A DNA stretch of 64,000 bases, from assembly GCA_964188305.1 (NCBI GenBank), contig OZ076894.1. One strand, written 5' to 3'. The DNA comes from Podarcis bocagei. Lineage: Eukaryota. Positions 14,210 through 28,030 of this stretch are shown piece by piece. The notes below the pieces were generated by a model. It did no database searches. It saw nothing but the letters and a program-made list of their open reading frames with translations, and was not told the DNA's origin. Made by a program: the position numbers and the translations under genes. Each line of letters opens with the position of its first letter. Within the stretch, counting starts at the first letter, position 1.

Positions 14210-15500
14210 TCAGTGTCATCAGCACTCGTCATAGCTCTGGCAAGGAGCACATCACAGAGATTTTCAGCTTGAACAATTACATAGTCTAAGAGGTGCCAGT
14301 GGTGTGGCCAAGGGTGCCTCTATGAGGTTTTAAATTTATTTTTGTTGAAGGTGTGTGTTGGTAATAATGAGGTTATGCGCTGCACATATTGTCAAAAGTA
14401 AGATTCCATTCTGGTTGCTGTTGCCAATTCCTTCTTTCCCAATAGTCCCAGGCCATAGATCAAAATCTTGCCCAACTCTTGCATTAAAATCACCCAGGAG
14501 GATAATTTTATCTGATAGGATGGCATCCAGCTGAGACTAATTTTTTTCTTTAATGTCTTCATCGGCATCCAGTGTTTGTGCATGAGCGCTTAGAATAGCA
14601 GCCTGTTGGTTTTTGGTGAGTTTTATTTGAAGGGTTGAAATGCCAGTAGGGACTCCTGACGAGAGCTTCACAAGATCATTTTTGATAGCAAAACCTACTC
14701 CATGTATTTGATGTTCTTGTTCAGGTAGACCTTTCCAGAAGAATGTGTAGCCTCCTTTTTATTCGTTGCAACTCCCTTGCAATGATGGCGATCCTGAGCT
14801 CGGAACACTCAGTATATGTGTTATCCAACAAAGTCCGTATATTCCTTGTTCCAAAGTGCAATTGTCTTTTACAACTGCTGGGTGCCGCAGTAATCCAGTC
14901 AGCGAAAAAGGGAGGCAGACTATGTTTAGGGGAACTTCTCTACCCCCCCCTTTCATGGTGAGCAGAGTGTATAGGACTGCTCAGCTGCCGAGCTACACAA
15001 CTGCCTCATTCCTTGAGTCAGAACGAGTGAATCTGTATCCACCGCCCACAGGCTGGTTCACTACTAGGGGCTTCCAGATTCCATGGTCTTGCCCCTGTTA
15101 CCATTTGCCGATCGCCATGGGACTTTTTTGGGTTTGGGGTGGATTTTTGGAAGACGCCTGTACATGAATTTGTTTTGTGTGTGTAGATCAGTGCACGCTG
15201 ACCAATGCACAGTCTTCACAGTTAGACTCTATTCCGATGGCATGAGTATCACAACGACTGGTAGATTCCTATCTGCTGCAGCCTTCATCTGCCGTCACAG
15301 CCAATGTAATATACTGCTTGTTATTTTCTGCCTGTTCTGTCGTTGAGGACTTCTTGGATCATTCTTTGTCTAGCTCCTCCCCTTTGACCGTACCGCCTTG
15401 GGTGACCCTGCTGGGAGTACGAGACTCCAGGTGGCTTTGCTCACAAGGGTCATAGGAACGTGCAAGCCCACTCACCACGACAAGGCGATGATCCTGCAAG
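14210..15500 (-). mobile_element. Degenerate RTE-clade LINE, 5'UTR and AP-endonuclease region
   Basis: Minus-strand frames give [38 protein letters not shown] and WHLLDYVIV with stops and deletions; boundaries approximate. Confidence 0.8.
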
Positions 15501-16837
15501 CAAGTGTATGTATATGTATGACTTGCTTGCCTGCCCTTCACTGTAAAGTCCCGACTGCCAGGGCACGTTACAGTATTACACAGTTAGGATTGCTCTGAAC
15601 ATAATTTTAGAAAGAAATGTTAAAATTCTCTTTTAACGTTATAACCAGAAACCCACTCAAGAACACCACAAGAGCCACTTACTTAGTAACAGTATGCTAG
15701 ATAGATTTTCACAATAATTAGCAAAATAATCACCTACTGGTCAGCCTTATCTAAAAGAGTGGATAAGATGGGTAACCTTGGTTAATCACAGGTTTGCCTA
15801 AACCAGTATTTATTACAGAAGAAGAAATACAGGCTGGCTTTGAGATATATATTATTTAGCTTTTTAATACTGTATGTTATTTTATTTTGCAGAAATCAGG
15901 GTTTCCTTTACAAAATGTTTCATACAACCATTATTTCTTTGTTTATACTGACCTCTAGTGGTATAAAGTAGTATACAATAATTTTATATGTCCCAGAGGT
16001 GAAATGCAATATTGAAGAAATTGCCATAACCAAACCAATGAGTCCTTCAGCTGTTCACGTTGGCCAAGGAGGTCACACCCTATGAAGGACAAAGCATATT
16101 GACACAGATAATACTCAGAATCCCCCACTGGGTTTATGAATTAATACCTTACTGTTCATTAATAGACAGGTAAATTCTGTTTTCACACGTTAAGCTTATA
16201 ATTAAAATGTGCCATTATAAACATGTAATTAAAAATGTCCGGGAGTTATTAGATAATGTGGAAATGTTTGCAGAAATATTTGGCTGAAACTCCGGCTCCT
16301 ACATGTTAAATGCCCTTCCTATTTGATTTGATTTTTTAAAATTTATATACCTCTTAATATACTAAAAAATATCTCTAAACTGCGCACAGAAAACTGAAGC
16401 AACAACAGACAACTTAAACAAAATATTACAAAAATACACAATTACATATAAAAATGTTACATTAATACAAAGATACTAATATATATAAATCAATATAAAT
16501 TCATTCTTCTTCTGATGCACACTCCCTCTCAGCCTCCAGGTTCTCACCCAGGGTCCAAACAAACTCTCACCTCACCCACAAAAGTATCACAAGAAGAAGA
16601 GTTCCTGGAACTCTAGTCTAGTCTCTCACTCTAGACTTGCTTTTCATGGGCAGGCCCAAGGTGAGGGATACTTCCTCAGCCTCCCCACAGCTGTCTCCAC
16701 ACCCAGTTCCAGGTGCAGAAGGTTTGTTGAGCTTCCCGGGGGTCCAAAGGATGGGAAAAGGGTGCCCCTCCAATCACAACTCTTTCTTCAACCTCAATCC
16801 TCTCTCCTCGTCCTCCATCCAATACATATCCTATTAA

Positions 16838-17050
16838 GTAGTAGATAGGTAGCCGTGTTGGTCTGCCATAGTCAAAATAAAAAAATTTTCTTCCAGTAGC
16901 ACCTTAAAGACCAACTAAGTTAGTTCTTGGTATGAGCTTTCGTGTGCATGCACACTTCTTCAGATCTGAAGAAGTGTGCATGCACACGAAAGCTCATACC
17001 AAGAACTAACTTAGTTGGTCTTTAAGGTGCTACTGGAAGAAAATTTTTTT
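16838..17050. mobile_element. Penelope-like element remnant forming a fold-back palindrome with hammerhead-ribozyme cores
   Basis: 12-bp TSD ATATCCTATTAA (16826-16837, 17051-17062); perfect palindrome 16877-17052; motif CTGAAGA-A-GTGTGCATGCACAC-GAAA-GCTC. Confidence 0.78.
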
Positions 17051-19223
17051 ATATCCTATTAAAAATGTGAACGAGACAACTGGGTGTAATTCGGTATTGG
17101 TGGAATGACAGCAATGGAACAACAGGAGTAAAATCACTAGTAAATTTCCCATGTGGGGTTCAGCTTACAGATGAGCAGAGTGCCATTGACTAATTTAATG
17201 TATGTACAGAGGGTACCAAAATAAAAATGAAGTCCTTGCACTTTAACTGCTTTCAAGTACAGCACATTGAAACATAGTCCATCCTTCCATTCCAAAATTT
17301 ACCACAGCTTTGGTCACAGGGGGTCAGGGCACAGGAGTGTTTCACAAGAGGAAGACGAAGGGTCAAAAGATGGGCAACAGTAGGAAACAACTTTAGCAGT
17401 TCATTTCCCTTCTAAAAGAATGACAGTTATTTCCTCTTTCCATGAGGGAAAAGGTGGATTAAAACAAACACATTGTAAGAAATAAAAGGGAGTGAACATC
17501 CTCATACTAAATACATTCAGCTGAAGCAAAACCCATTTAAATTCAATAGCTTTTTACTGTGCAAAACATTTTATGGCATACACAAACCCTGTATCAGTCT
17601 TTTGCCCTAAAAACAGAATGAAAAAGGAGCCAGCTTCTAAAAAGTTTCTCTGCACAGTTTTTTGGAATATCCCCCCACACACACACACACACTAGGTGCA
17701 ACGGTATGACAGATCCACTAGATACAGCTTGCATGTGTTGTGCTTCCTGAGAGGAACTAGGAAGAGGTAGGGGCAATATTCACTTTCCTCTGGCTTGAGG
17801 AGAGGGAAGCTACTGAGAGCTGTGAAACCGTTACTTAAATAATACTTTTAGGTTGGGTTTAGAAAGTTTGTTTGATACTGTAAGCAATTCCAGAACCTTT
17901 AAATACAGGCAACCAGGCAAGTAGCTATTAACTAGTCTGGCATACTGCAAAGTAATAATTAGTGTTTATAAGTCATGCTTAAAAGCATAAAAAGCACCTT
18001 GTATACCTTAGCTCAGCAATCCTTAAGGCAGTCACGGAAAACAGACCAGTACTATCCCCTAGGGCAGATTCTCTCATATCAAGCTGAGAGAACAATACGC
18101 TTGCCACTACAGCCCACACTTAATTTAGGTACCATAAAGAATTGCTAATATCTCAGCACCTTGGGAGGATGTGTCACCAATGGCGAGACCACTGCTAGCC
18201 TCAGCATTTGAGCTACGGTGGACTCCCAGCAATTAAAATTGTGGGGACCAGAAGCCACATTTCCATGGAACACTGTCTTCTTACAATCTATGGGATATGT
18301 TTAAGTTGTCGTGGCCTGAAGAGGCCAACTCCACACCCTCTTGGTCCCTTACCAATTACAGTTGGCAAAATCTAGAAGGAAGATATTGATTGGATGGCTA
18401 ATGCTTCACTATGCGAGGGACTTATAGCTACCATCTTGAAAGACACAGTGGCGTGGCCTTTTCTTAACAGGCCCTCCCTGGACCCGGAGGGTACAGAAAA
18501 TGCCAGTCCCCAGTATTCACTTTCCTGATCATGTGGAGCCTCTGCACAGCTCATGCACTGGGGTTTCTTTACAGTCAACAAAGTGCCACACTGAGGAAGA
18601 GGACACAACATCAGGGGCAATGTTAAAAGTGTGGCCCTGCTCCAAAATAAATATGCCCTACATGTGAGTAACACAGGAACAGAGGTTTTGTCCCAATTAC
18701 AATGGCACCTGGCTGGGGGGGACTAGGGCTATCCCTGGGTGTGTGGGTAATGAATGGGTGATGACCCCAGCCCAACTACTTTTGGGAGGGGGGTGCTTGG
18801 TGCCCAGCTGTCTTCCACCCACCCAGTGAGGTTTTTCACCTCCTCAATGCCTAGAGCAGGGAGGCAGGTGCCAGAAGACCTTGCTGGCACTGCCATTGCT
18901 AAAGCAACAGGAAAATAAGGAGGAGCATGCCACTACCAGGAGCAGGAGTGGATGAAGGAAAGGTGTGGGGAACACGGTGTGATTTGTCCTGGCTCCACAT
19001 CCCCCTAGCTCTAGCCCAGGGAAAGGGATAAGTGTTTGTATTTTCAGATCACGGTACACTGCCCCCCTTCTTCACCGAACGGTTCAGGTCTTCTTGAAAC
19101 TGATCTTGGCTAAGTAATATAGGGTAGGATCTTCCACACAAAGGATGGTTCTTCATTAGACAGGCTCATACAGTTGTTATGGACCAGAAAAGGAAAGCAC
19201 ACATTTTTACAGCCTGCTATATA

Positions 19224-19470
19224 CAGTTGTACCTTGGAAGTTGAATGGAATCCATTCCAGAAGTCTGACTTCCAAAACGTTCAGAAACCAAAGAACGGCT
19301 TCCGATTGGCTGCAGGAAGCTCCTGCAGTCAACTGGAAGCTGCAGAAGCCCCACCGGACATTCGGGTTCCAAAACAACGTTTGCAAACCAGAAGAATCAC
19401 TTCCGGGTTTGCGGTGTTCGGGAGCCAAAACATCCGAGTTCCAAGGCGTTCGGGATCCAAGGTACGACTG
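19224..19470 (+). mobile_element. Tigger-like MITE family B
   Basis: TIR CAGTTGTACCTTGGA / TCCAAGGTACGACTG, TA TSD; core GATTGGCTGCAGGAAGCTCCTGCAG. Confidence 0.82.
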
Positions 19471-21550
19471 TATTGTGTTGCTAGCATATTGTGTTCTATT
19501 TAATGGATAACTTTCCCCTTACTCAAAAAACTTATATATTGAGGGGGCACCTACCCATAGCAATTTGTGTCAGAGGAGCTTTGCACGAAAATACGACTTT
19601 CATGTCAGAATCCTTTACATTTACATGAACTCACTTTGCATGTCCCAAAAAAGAAGATGGGCGATCTTCATGTACTTTGTATCACAAGCCTAAAGAACTT
19701 GAAAAACCAAATAGCAAACAAATATCAGTGTTTGCTGTTGGATGGATGGTTGGACAAGAATTGAATTATTTATTGCTTCCTGAAATTATTATCAAATCCA
19801 CACCCTTTCCTCTTAATTAGGACAAGTTACACCCTTTCATTTCCTTGGGAACATATTTTTTTTCTGCAGCCAAGACTAGTTTCCTTCCTGTGATTTACAC
19901 ACACACAAACCAGACAGGGGAAGTTTCTAGTTTTTACTTGCACTGAAAACCCCAAGTTTTCCATGAAATGTGTCTCACAGGCAAAGGCTTTTTAATTATT
20001 CCCTGCTCTCAATGAAAAAACTAACATTTAGCAAGACCATAGAACTGTTACCACATTCAAAGTGGCCCTAACTATATGAAATAACCTGTGAAAGATACTA
20101 TATTATGCCTTATGCATAGAGAGAATCTGACACACATCAAGCCAAGTAATATATTGTCTAACTCCGGCTGAGTAGATGAAAAGAGCCCCAGGCCTCTGTT
20201 CAAATAATTACAAAAGCTTTAGTCTCCTAGAATGTGGCCCTGATTTGCATATTTACATAAATATGACCTCATTCCAAATCAATCTTTGGACTTCTTCATT
20301 ATTACAGCCTTACTCAAAATTGGCAGAAAGCCAGTGTTGTGATCCTTGGGCACAGGCAATCTATTTTTCATTTTCTCTCAGTAAACACACATGACTTCTT
20401 GATAACTTAAGGATACTAAAACTTTTGCCTAATAATCAGGCCCCCTAACAGGTCCAGGAAGGCCCAGGTCACATCTAGCTTTTGAAACTCCCTAGCCATA
20501 ATAAAAATTGAAATGACAAGACCTAAAAACAACATAAGGCACCAAAAATAGATTGAGAAATAATCTGAATATACATTTTCTTATTTAATAAATGCTTTTG
20601 TAGCAAACATTTGGGTCGTATGTGCATAAAAAAGAAGTTGCAAAACTTATCAAGTGCTGAAAAAATAAATTTGAAGACCCCTTTTATCCTGAGACCCTGG
20701 GACAAAATGGCTCTCCTACCCCACCCCCACTGCCCCTACTAATAATCTTTTGAATGAATACTCTCATCCATGTTTTCCATTACTTTTAAGCTGCTAATCA
20801 GGACAAGGCTGGTCTTAGCAACTCTTGTCTAAATCCCACTTTGCATATCTATACTGCTTTGCACCTAAAGATCTCACTGTGACTTGCAAACAATGAATCA
20901 CAGGAAACCACTGATTTTTAACCAGAAAAATCTGCCTGTGAGGTTTGTAAGCAACAGTCTCTAGGAATGAAAGAATGAAACCATGGTGAATTAAATTAGA
21001 ATATAAGTGAAAGAGGCAAGACATATTGAGCACTACAACCTCAAACAACTCAATTAGCAAACACAGGAGCGGTATTTAAAATTTGTCATTCTGCCCATGT
21101 AACTTTAGGAGACAACCCACCCACCCCAAAAAAAAATCCAGTAAGATGACCAGATTTCTGTTACCAAACATTTCCAGATAAAAAGCAATACCTTTATTAG
21201 AACCAACTAAAATATCACATAGTTCTGAGAAGCTTTCTAATTCTCCATAAATCTTTTTCAAACTACCCTGGTCCATGAACCCAATTTTTCAGGGAAAAAC
21301 ATGCTCATTTCAAAATGGCACTGCTAGGCTAGGCTAATGAGATTATTTCTAAAAGGAAAAAAGGGGGATGATCACCTATGTACCCAAACGGCTTCTACCA
21401 GATTTGTCCCGTGATGTGTGAAGTAACTTTAGCCACAGCACAAATACCATGGTTTGAGCTTAGTTTTATCATGATTTTCATGCTTGTAATAATTGTTTTT
21501 ATTGCTGCTAATATTATGGCTTTTGTAACAATTCTAAAGCACTTCAGATA

Positions 21551-21765
21551 CAGTGGTACCTCGGGTTAAGGACTTAATTCATTCTGGAGGTCCTTTCTTA
21601 ACCTGAAACTGTTCTTAACCTGAAGCACCACTTTAGCTAATGGGGCCTCGTGCCGCCACCACACGATTTCTGTTCTCATCCTGAAGCAAAGTTCTTAACC
21701 CGAGGTACTATTTCTGGGTTAGCGAAGTCTGTAACCTGAAGTGTCTGTAACCCAAGGTACCACTG
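21551..21765 (-). mobile_element. Tigger-like MITE family A
   Basis: Same TIR and TA TSD, reverse orientation. Confidence 0.88.
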
Positions 21766-21890
21766 TACTATTCTACAGGCAAAGAATGCAACACCTTTTT
21801 AAAATTAAACAGACGGAGTTTTTTTGCACTTGGTAGTAGAAATAAGTGCAGTAAATGATGGCAAAATGGAAGTTGACCGTGGACTAAAAA

Positions 21891-22123
21891 GGGTTACATA
21901 CGCTTCAGGTTACATACACTTCAGGTTACAGACTCCGCTAACCCAGAAATAGTACCTCGGGTTAAGAACTTTGCTTCAGGATGAGAACAGAAATCGTGCT
22001 CCGGGGGCGCAGCAGCAGCAGCGGGAGGCCCCATTAGCTAAAGTGGTGCTTCAGGTTAAGTACAGTTTCAGGTTAAGAACGGGCCTCTGGAACGAATTAA
22101 GTACTTAACCCGAGGTACCACTG
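21891..22123 (+). mobile_element. Tigger-like MITE family A, left TIR truncated
   Basis: Starts at GGGTTACATA and ends CGAGGTACCACTG-TA. Confidence 0.85.
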
Positions 22124-23133
22124 TACAGTAATGCAAACACCTGCAACCAGCTCACCTGAAGGGAAGCAGTAGCAGCTGAAACTCCTCACTGTGCTGCTCT
22201 CCAAGTCTAACATTCATTGTAGCTGCATACCTCGGAGCTTTCTCACATACTGAACAAAGATCATTTTCGGAGATAACCTCTAGAATCTATGCAAAAAGTA
22301 CAGCACAAAAAGCCTGGAGATTTCTTTAAAACGTCTCTGTTATTTTCTAACTCATTTTCCTGTCAGCCATGACCAAATATTCAACCCTATTTAAGTGGCA
22401 TATTTATGACACTTCATTCTTCACAAAAATTATCATCTCATAATTGTCATGTACAATTGTGTGTCAAGGGGTGATTTACTTTTAGATATACTCACATGTA
22501 TGGCTTGGACCCAAACCAGCTGGGGTTTTTTTCCACCATTGCTAATAAAACATAGAGGTGTGGTTGCCAGTTTGTTTCTTGGCCCAGTTAAAAATGCTCA
22601 GCCCATTGCTTAAAAGGCCTAATTGATAGGCCCCAAATATGATTAAGAGACCACCTTTCCCCCTACAGAACCTCTCAGGATCAGCAGAAGGAGTTCTCTT
22701 GGTAGCTTCACTGAACTCAGAAGTTCAGGGTGGTGATGGCCCAAGAGACTACTCCTCTCTTCTCACTTCAATCTAATCCTGCCTCTGGTTTATTAACAGA
22801 CATTATTAAGGCAAAGGTTCCCAAATTTAGACCTAACAAGGAACTCTGGCATAATTCAAGATCTCTGCAATGAAGCCCACAAGATGGAAGGAGGCAAAGG
22901 AGAAACACATGGCTTAATTAAAAAAAATCTATGGCGAGGTGAGGGCTGTTGTTTTGTTTGTTACCATGTTGTGTATTTTTGTGTTTTTATTTTTGCCCTG
23001 TGATCCTTGGATGAAGGGCTGTATAGGAATTTAATAAATAATAAAATAATAATGGCCACAGCACTCAGACATAACTTCATAAACTATTATTTATAGAGCC
23101 AAATGATAGTCTGAATGTGGCCTTTGAATAAGC

Positions 23134-23619
23134 CAGTGTTTCCCAACCTTTTTTGGGCAAAGGCACACTTGTTTGATGAAAAAAATCTCGAGGCACACCA
23201 CCATTACAGCCCCGTGACGTCAGCGCGCAGCGTCACGCCGGGAGGGACGCACGAAAGTGTAAGTTTCAATTTTTTTCCCTCCCCCTTGCCGGGGAACCTC
23301 CAAGCTTTGGGGATGGGGGGGGAGGAGGCAGCAAAGCGAGGCAGGAAGGAGAGCGCGGCTTGGCTGGGTGAGCTTTGGCAGGGGCAGGGAATGAGAGCCG
23401 CGAGGCGGGCGCTGCGGACGGAGGCGCTGCCCGCCGAGCTCGCAGGCAGCCAGGCAGGCAGACGGCGAGAGCCCCGCGCTGGGCGGCCTCTCCTCGCCGC
23501 CGCCGCCCCGCCTCTCGCCGCCCGACTCGCCCGCCTCCCTCCAGGCAACATCTCGCGGCACACCAGGCAACATCTCGCGGCACACTAGTGTGCTGCGGAA
23601 CAGTGGTTGGGAAACACTG
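23134..23619 (-). mobile_element. Non-autonomous hAT element, same family as 28972-30429, different GC-rich interior
   Basis: Same 15-bp TIR; perfect 8-bp TSD GAATAAGC (23126-23133, 23620-23627); shares about 70 bp at one end and about 110 bp at the other with the larger element; opposite orientation. Confidence 0.93.
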
Positions 23620-23995
23620 GAATAAGCAACCAACACTGTCCACGATAGTGATCTGGATTTTAAGATGGTCCTCTTCCAGTTTCCATAGCAACGTTCAGAA
23701 GCAGAACTTTCCACACCCAAAAGGTGTGTTCTTTTTAAAGGTGACACAAAATTTGATAGTTTCATCAGTAACACAGAGTTCCACACACAGCATCTCTGTA
23801 ATCATTATATGAGCCCTGTTAGATAGGCCAATATTATTAGCCAAGATATAGTGGTTTGCATAAAGCCATCCTTCTAGAGAGTTTGCAACAGCTGTGGAAC
23901 TTGAACCAAACATATTTTTTACATCTTGAAGTTTTTGTATGCATAACTTTCTGATAAATAAAACTGGTGCTTTTACACACTGTGGATGTAACTCA

Positions 23996-24250
23996 CAGGG
24001 GTCAGCAACCTTTTTCAACCATGGGCCAGTTCACTGTCCCTCAGACCATGTGGTGGGCTGGACTATTTTGGGGGGGGAGGGGGAGAATGAACAAATTCCT
24101 ATGCCCCACAAATAACCCAGAGATGCATTTTAAATAAAAGGACACATTCTACTCATGTAAAAACATGCTGATTCCCAGAACATTCACAGGCCGGATTGAG
24201 AAGGTGATTGGGCCACATCCGGCCCCCGGGCCTTAGGTTGCCTACCCCTG
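23996..24250 (+). mobile_element. hAT-type MITE
   Basis: Ends CAGGGGTCAGCAACCT / AGGTTGCCTACCCCTG; the right end of another copy occupies bases 1-25; TSD unclear. Confidence 0.7.
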
Positions 24251-27200
24251 TGCTCAGGTAAAAAGGAATGCATTTCTAAAATTACATATTTCATCAAGTA
24301 GCTTCTTGATTAGTAAGTTGCAGCTTTACCAAGAGCTTTGTAATGAGATAACTCCTCATAGGTGAGTTTGTTTTTCTTTATACAACAGTTGCACAACTCA
24401 ATAGGTTCACTCACTTCTTTTTGAAACAACAGCATAACTGGGAGTAGCTGTGCCTGTAAAAAAGAGACAGAAAGCGATACAAAACAATGCTCTGGCTGGC
24501 ATACCAGTGCACTGACCCCATGAAACCGGACTATACAGAAATTAAGCTGCAGCACAACTGAACTAGCACATCAACATTCTCCAGATCTTTTAGAAAGATT
24601 AGAGTGCAAATATTTACACCAACCCCGCTCCTATCCTCCCCACAGAAGTTAAACAGTCGAGAGCAGTTTTAATAGCTGACTAGCTCCAGGGTAATCTGCT
24701 TACCTGTGTCATATCAATATACAATGCCTCACACAAAGTTTTCCTCGGCTTCTCCTAACAGATCTACCACACAACGTATATACTCAAGTTTCTCTTACTT
24801 GTAAGCAACCGGACATAAAACATAATTATTGTTAGGATATAGACTTGCCCTTCCCTAGGGTTTAACATAGGAAACCATTTACTTCAATTAGAATTTTATT
24901 TGATCCCATAAGTTCACACATGTATAAAATTATCTCATCTCTCAGCAGTTTCCCACCCCCAGCCATCATGGTTGAATGTAGTTTGCTACATCAATTCAGT
25001 ATATTTTCTGTAAGTCCGATATTGTAACAAGGGCATTATTTCATTTATTTAGAAGTTTATCCACTCAAAAAAGAAGACATATTTGTTTTTCAAACTTCTA
25101 TTCCCCCCCCCAAAAAAACCCTTTACTTATTATTCTCTTTCATGTCTATTTATTATGTATTGTTATGGATAATTAATAAACCGCTGCTATGACAAAAAAT
25201 CAAAACAAGTTTTCTTGCTTCTGCCAATGGTGATCAATGACATAGGACTTGGATATGGTAACTCGGTACAATTAGGGGCACATTCAGTCAGCCAGGCAGT
25301 CAGCCAGGACGGCCTCGAAGAAAATGGGTCCACCCTTATCAAACAAATTTTAAAGTCTGTCAGTGAAGCTCCCAACACAAAAGAGCAATTCACCTTCATT
25401 AATATGTATATGGGTCAACAAAAACATAATTATCAAGCCTGCAATTTAGGGCTGCTGGTTAAAGTGCAAGCGATTTCCACACACAACAACCACCACGCAA
25501 AACAATCTTCTAGAGCCCACAGAAACTATGCACAACAACAGGAAATCTGTTCAGTGTGACAGTTAAGAAAAAGACGTTGATGCATGTTGTTATGAACTTC
25601 CTAGCAATAAAGACAGCACAGGTGAGTAGTGTTGAGACTGCTCAGCCAGGGGAAATCAATGAAGTTTGCAAGACACATCTTAAGATTGCTGAGGGTGCTC
25701 CACCATCAAAGTTTTTCTCCCTTTATTCTTCGGAAAAGGACCAGCCAGCAAATGAGTCATCACACACGGGGCGTGTGGTCTAGGGAGGAGCCCTGGAAAG
25801 CAGGATGCAGCCTGTAGGGATGTTATTACCTATTCTTACCTTTAGCAATTTTGTATCTAGGAGAGAGTAAGAAATAGAGTATGTAGGTGCAGTAAAGAAA
25901 TGTCAGGCATTTATCACCAGCTAACGCCGTAGGTAAGCAGCATTCATTCAAGCAATGACTGTTACTGAATTTTGCTAGTGCTCTTCAGGTGTTAACGATT
26001 TATAGGCTGCCAAATCATAGTCGCTAAGAGTGAGAGAGCCATCTTCAAAACTTCACCTCAGCCATGTACGCATTAGAAGTCACTATTCACTTAGCATGCA
26101 GACTGGGAATAATAATAATTCTGACCTAGTTTGCAGGGTTGTTGCAGAAACATTACTTAGTCATGAATAATGGTGCCTTTTAATATTATTATGCATTCAT
26201 AAAACACATTTAATGAATGTTTCATTAATTCGTATTATTAGTAGCAATAGTAAACAATTATTCAAGACTACTAAACCGGAATAAAATGGAACCTTCTTAG
26301 AATGCAAACAAACAAACGTGGGAGAGAAGAGGAAAGTCGATTTTACCTTTGCCCAAGAGAAAGCAATATGTGAAAACATATTTAATGGTTTGGCTAGGTA
26401 ATGTTGCTTTAAGCTACTTTGTTCCTCCTCTTTTCTCCCCCACCTCCAACACCCATTAGTGACTGTGAAGATCCTGACAAATATTTCAGAACAGAGGTAT
26501 GTCACAATGATTTCACAGCAAGGCACAAAAATGTCCCTTCTGAAAGTAGCTCACAGCTAACAATGCATTAACTTGTCCAGACATTGTTGGCTAATAAGAA
26601 AAAGATAGCTTCAAGTGACGGGATCAAAGGGAATATGCCTTGCTTAATGAAATTAGATTTGCCCCTACCAGAGTATTAGAGAGACAGCTGTTGATCCTGG
26701 GTTTAGAGAGTCTTAGACTCACTGTCTGGACTTGCAGATATTGTCAAGTATCTACATGGATACTTCCCACAGCATCTGTGGCCAAAGAAACATTAGGATT
26801 TGTGAACATTTTCACCTTTAGCTCTTTGTTCACCTGGCATTGAGGCAGGTTTTGTCAAAAGCTGGGGGGGGGAATCCTCAGCCTATCTCTGTGGTTTTTT
26901 TACTGCTCAGAAATAGAATACAAAGAAACTGACAGAAATGTAAGTGCATCTACTCCCACAAATGACAAGAAGGACCTACAGATAGTAGCGGTCTCAGAAA
27001 ATCCTACAGCATTTGACAAACTATGCCTTTATTAAATATTATGCTGAGCTCCACACTAAAAACATTTGCTTTATATTCACAAAATTATGGGTTTGTGGTT
27101 GCTCTTGAAAATCGCTTTCGTGTGGCTGGGGCTCCTCCATACAGCAGCTGCGAAGTTTAAGTCTGCTTTTCCATGTGGATCAGCCAAATTGCACTGTGAG

Positions 27201-27549
27201 TAAGTGAGCGAGCCTCACACATCTGACAGGCTGGCAGTGCTGGCATGGGTACTTGCTGTGCATTCCAGCTCAACCATGTGCAGAAGTGACTGTCAGCAGC
27301 AGCCATGTTGTAGAGGTAAACTTCTGAACTGGACCTTAAAGTGCAGTTGTGCTTATCACTGGCCAGTTGCTGTATCACTGGCCTAATGCTACAAGGCTCA
27401 CACTTGAGCAGAGGTAGTTCAAAGTAACCTTGGAAGTACATTTACAAGGGATAGCAACCACAGCTTCCTCTGTTCTATAGACATGTAATATCCTCTTTCT
27501 CTTGATGGCAGCTGCCATTGGACAGTACAACCTCTGACTGCTTTAAGGC

Positions 27550-27552
<3 letters not shown>

Positions 27553-27600
<48 letters not shown>
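27553..27600. repeat. (AG)n microsatellite
   Basis: Direct read. Confidence 0.95.
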
Positions 27601-27602
<2 letters not shown>

Positions 27603-27792
27603 CCAATGGCTAACACAGGATTTCTGCCTTAGTTTGCAAAAAGAGATACAAAATACATGGAGTACATCAGCATCAGCAATGTTTCCTCAACTGGGAAAAA
27701 ACACTCTGGCATAATGAATTTCCTGTGAAACAGTTGATATGAACCACAATGTTGCATTTTGATCATCCCACAATTTAAATGGAAACATTTTG

Positions 27793-28030
27793 TAAATAAA
27801 TAAGTAAATTGTACCCCACCCACCTGACTAGGTTATCCCAGCCACTCTGCGCGGCTTCCAACATACAAAAAAAAAACCTAAAACATTACACATTAAAAGG
27901 CTTCCCTATATAGGGCTGCCTTCAGGTGTCTTCTAAGGTTATATAATTACTCAGCTCCTTGACATCTGATGGGAGGGCATTCCACAGGGTGGGTGACACT
28001 GCTGAAAAGGCCCTTTGCCTGGTTTCTTCT
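27793..28030 (-). mobile_element. L2-clade LINE 3' fragment
   Basis: ETRQRAFSAVSPTLWNALPSDVKE and a 3'UTR similar to the 31.5-32 kb copy. Confidence 0.8.
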
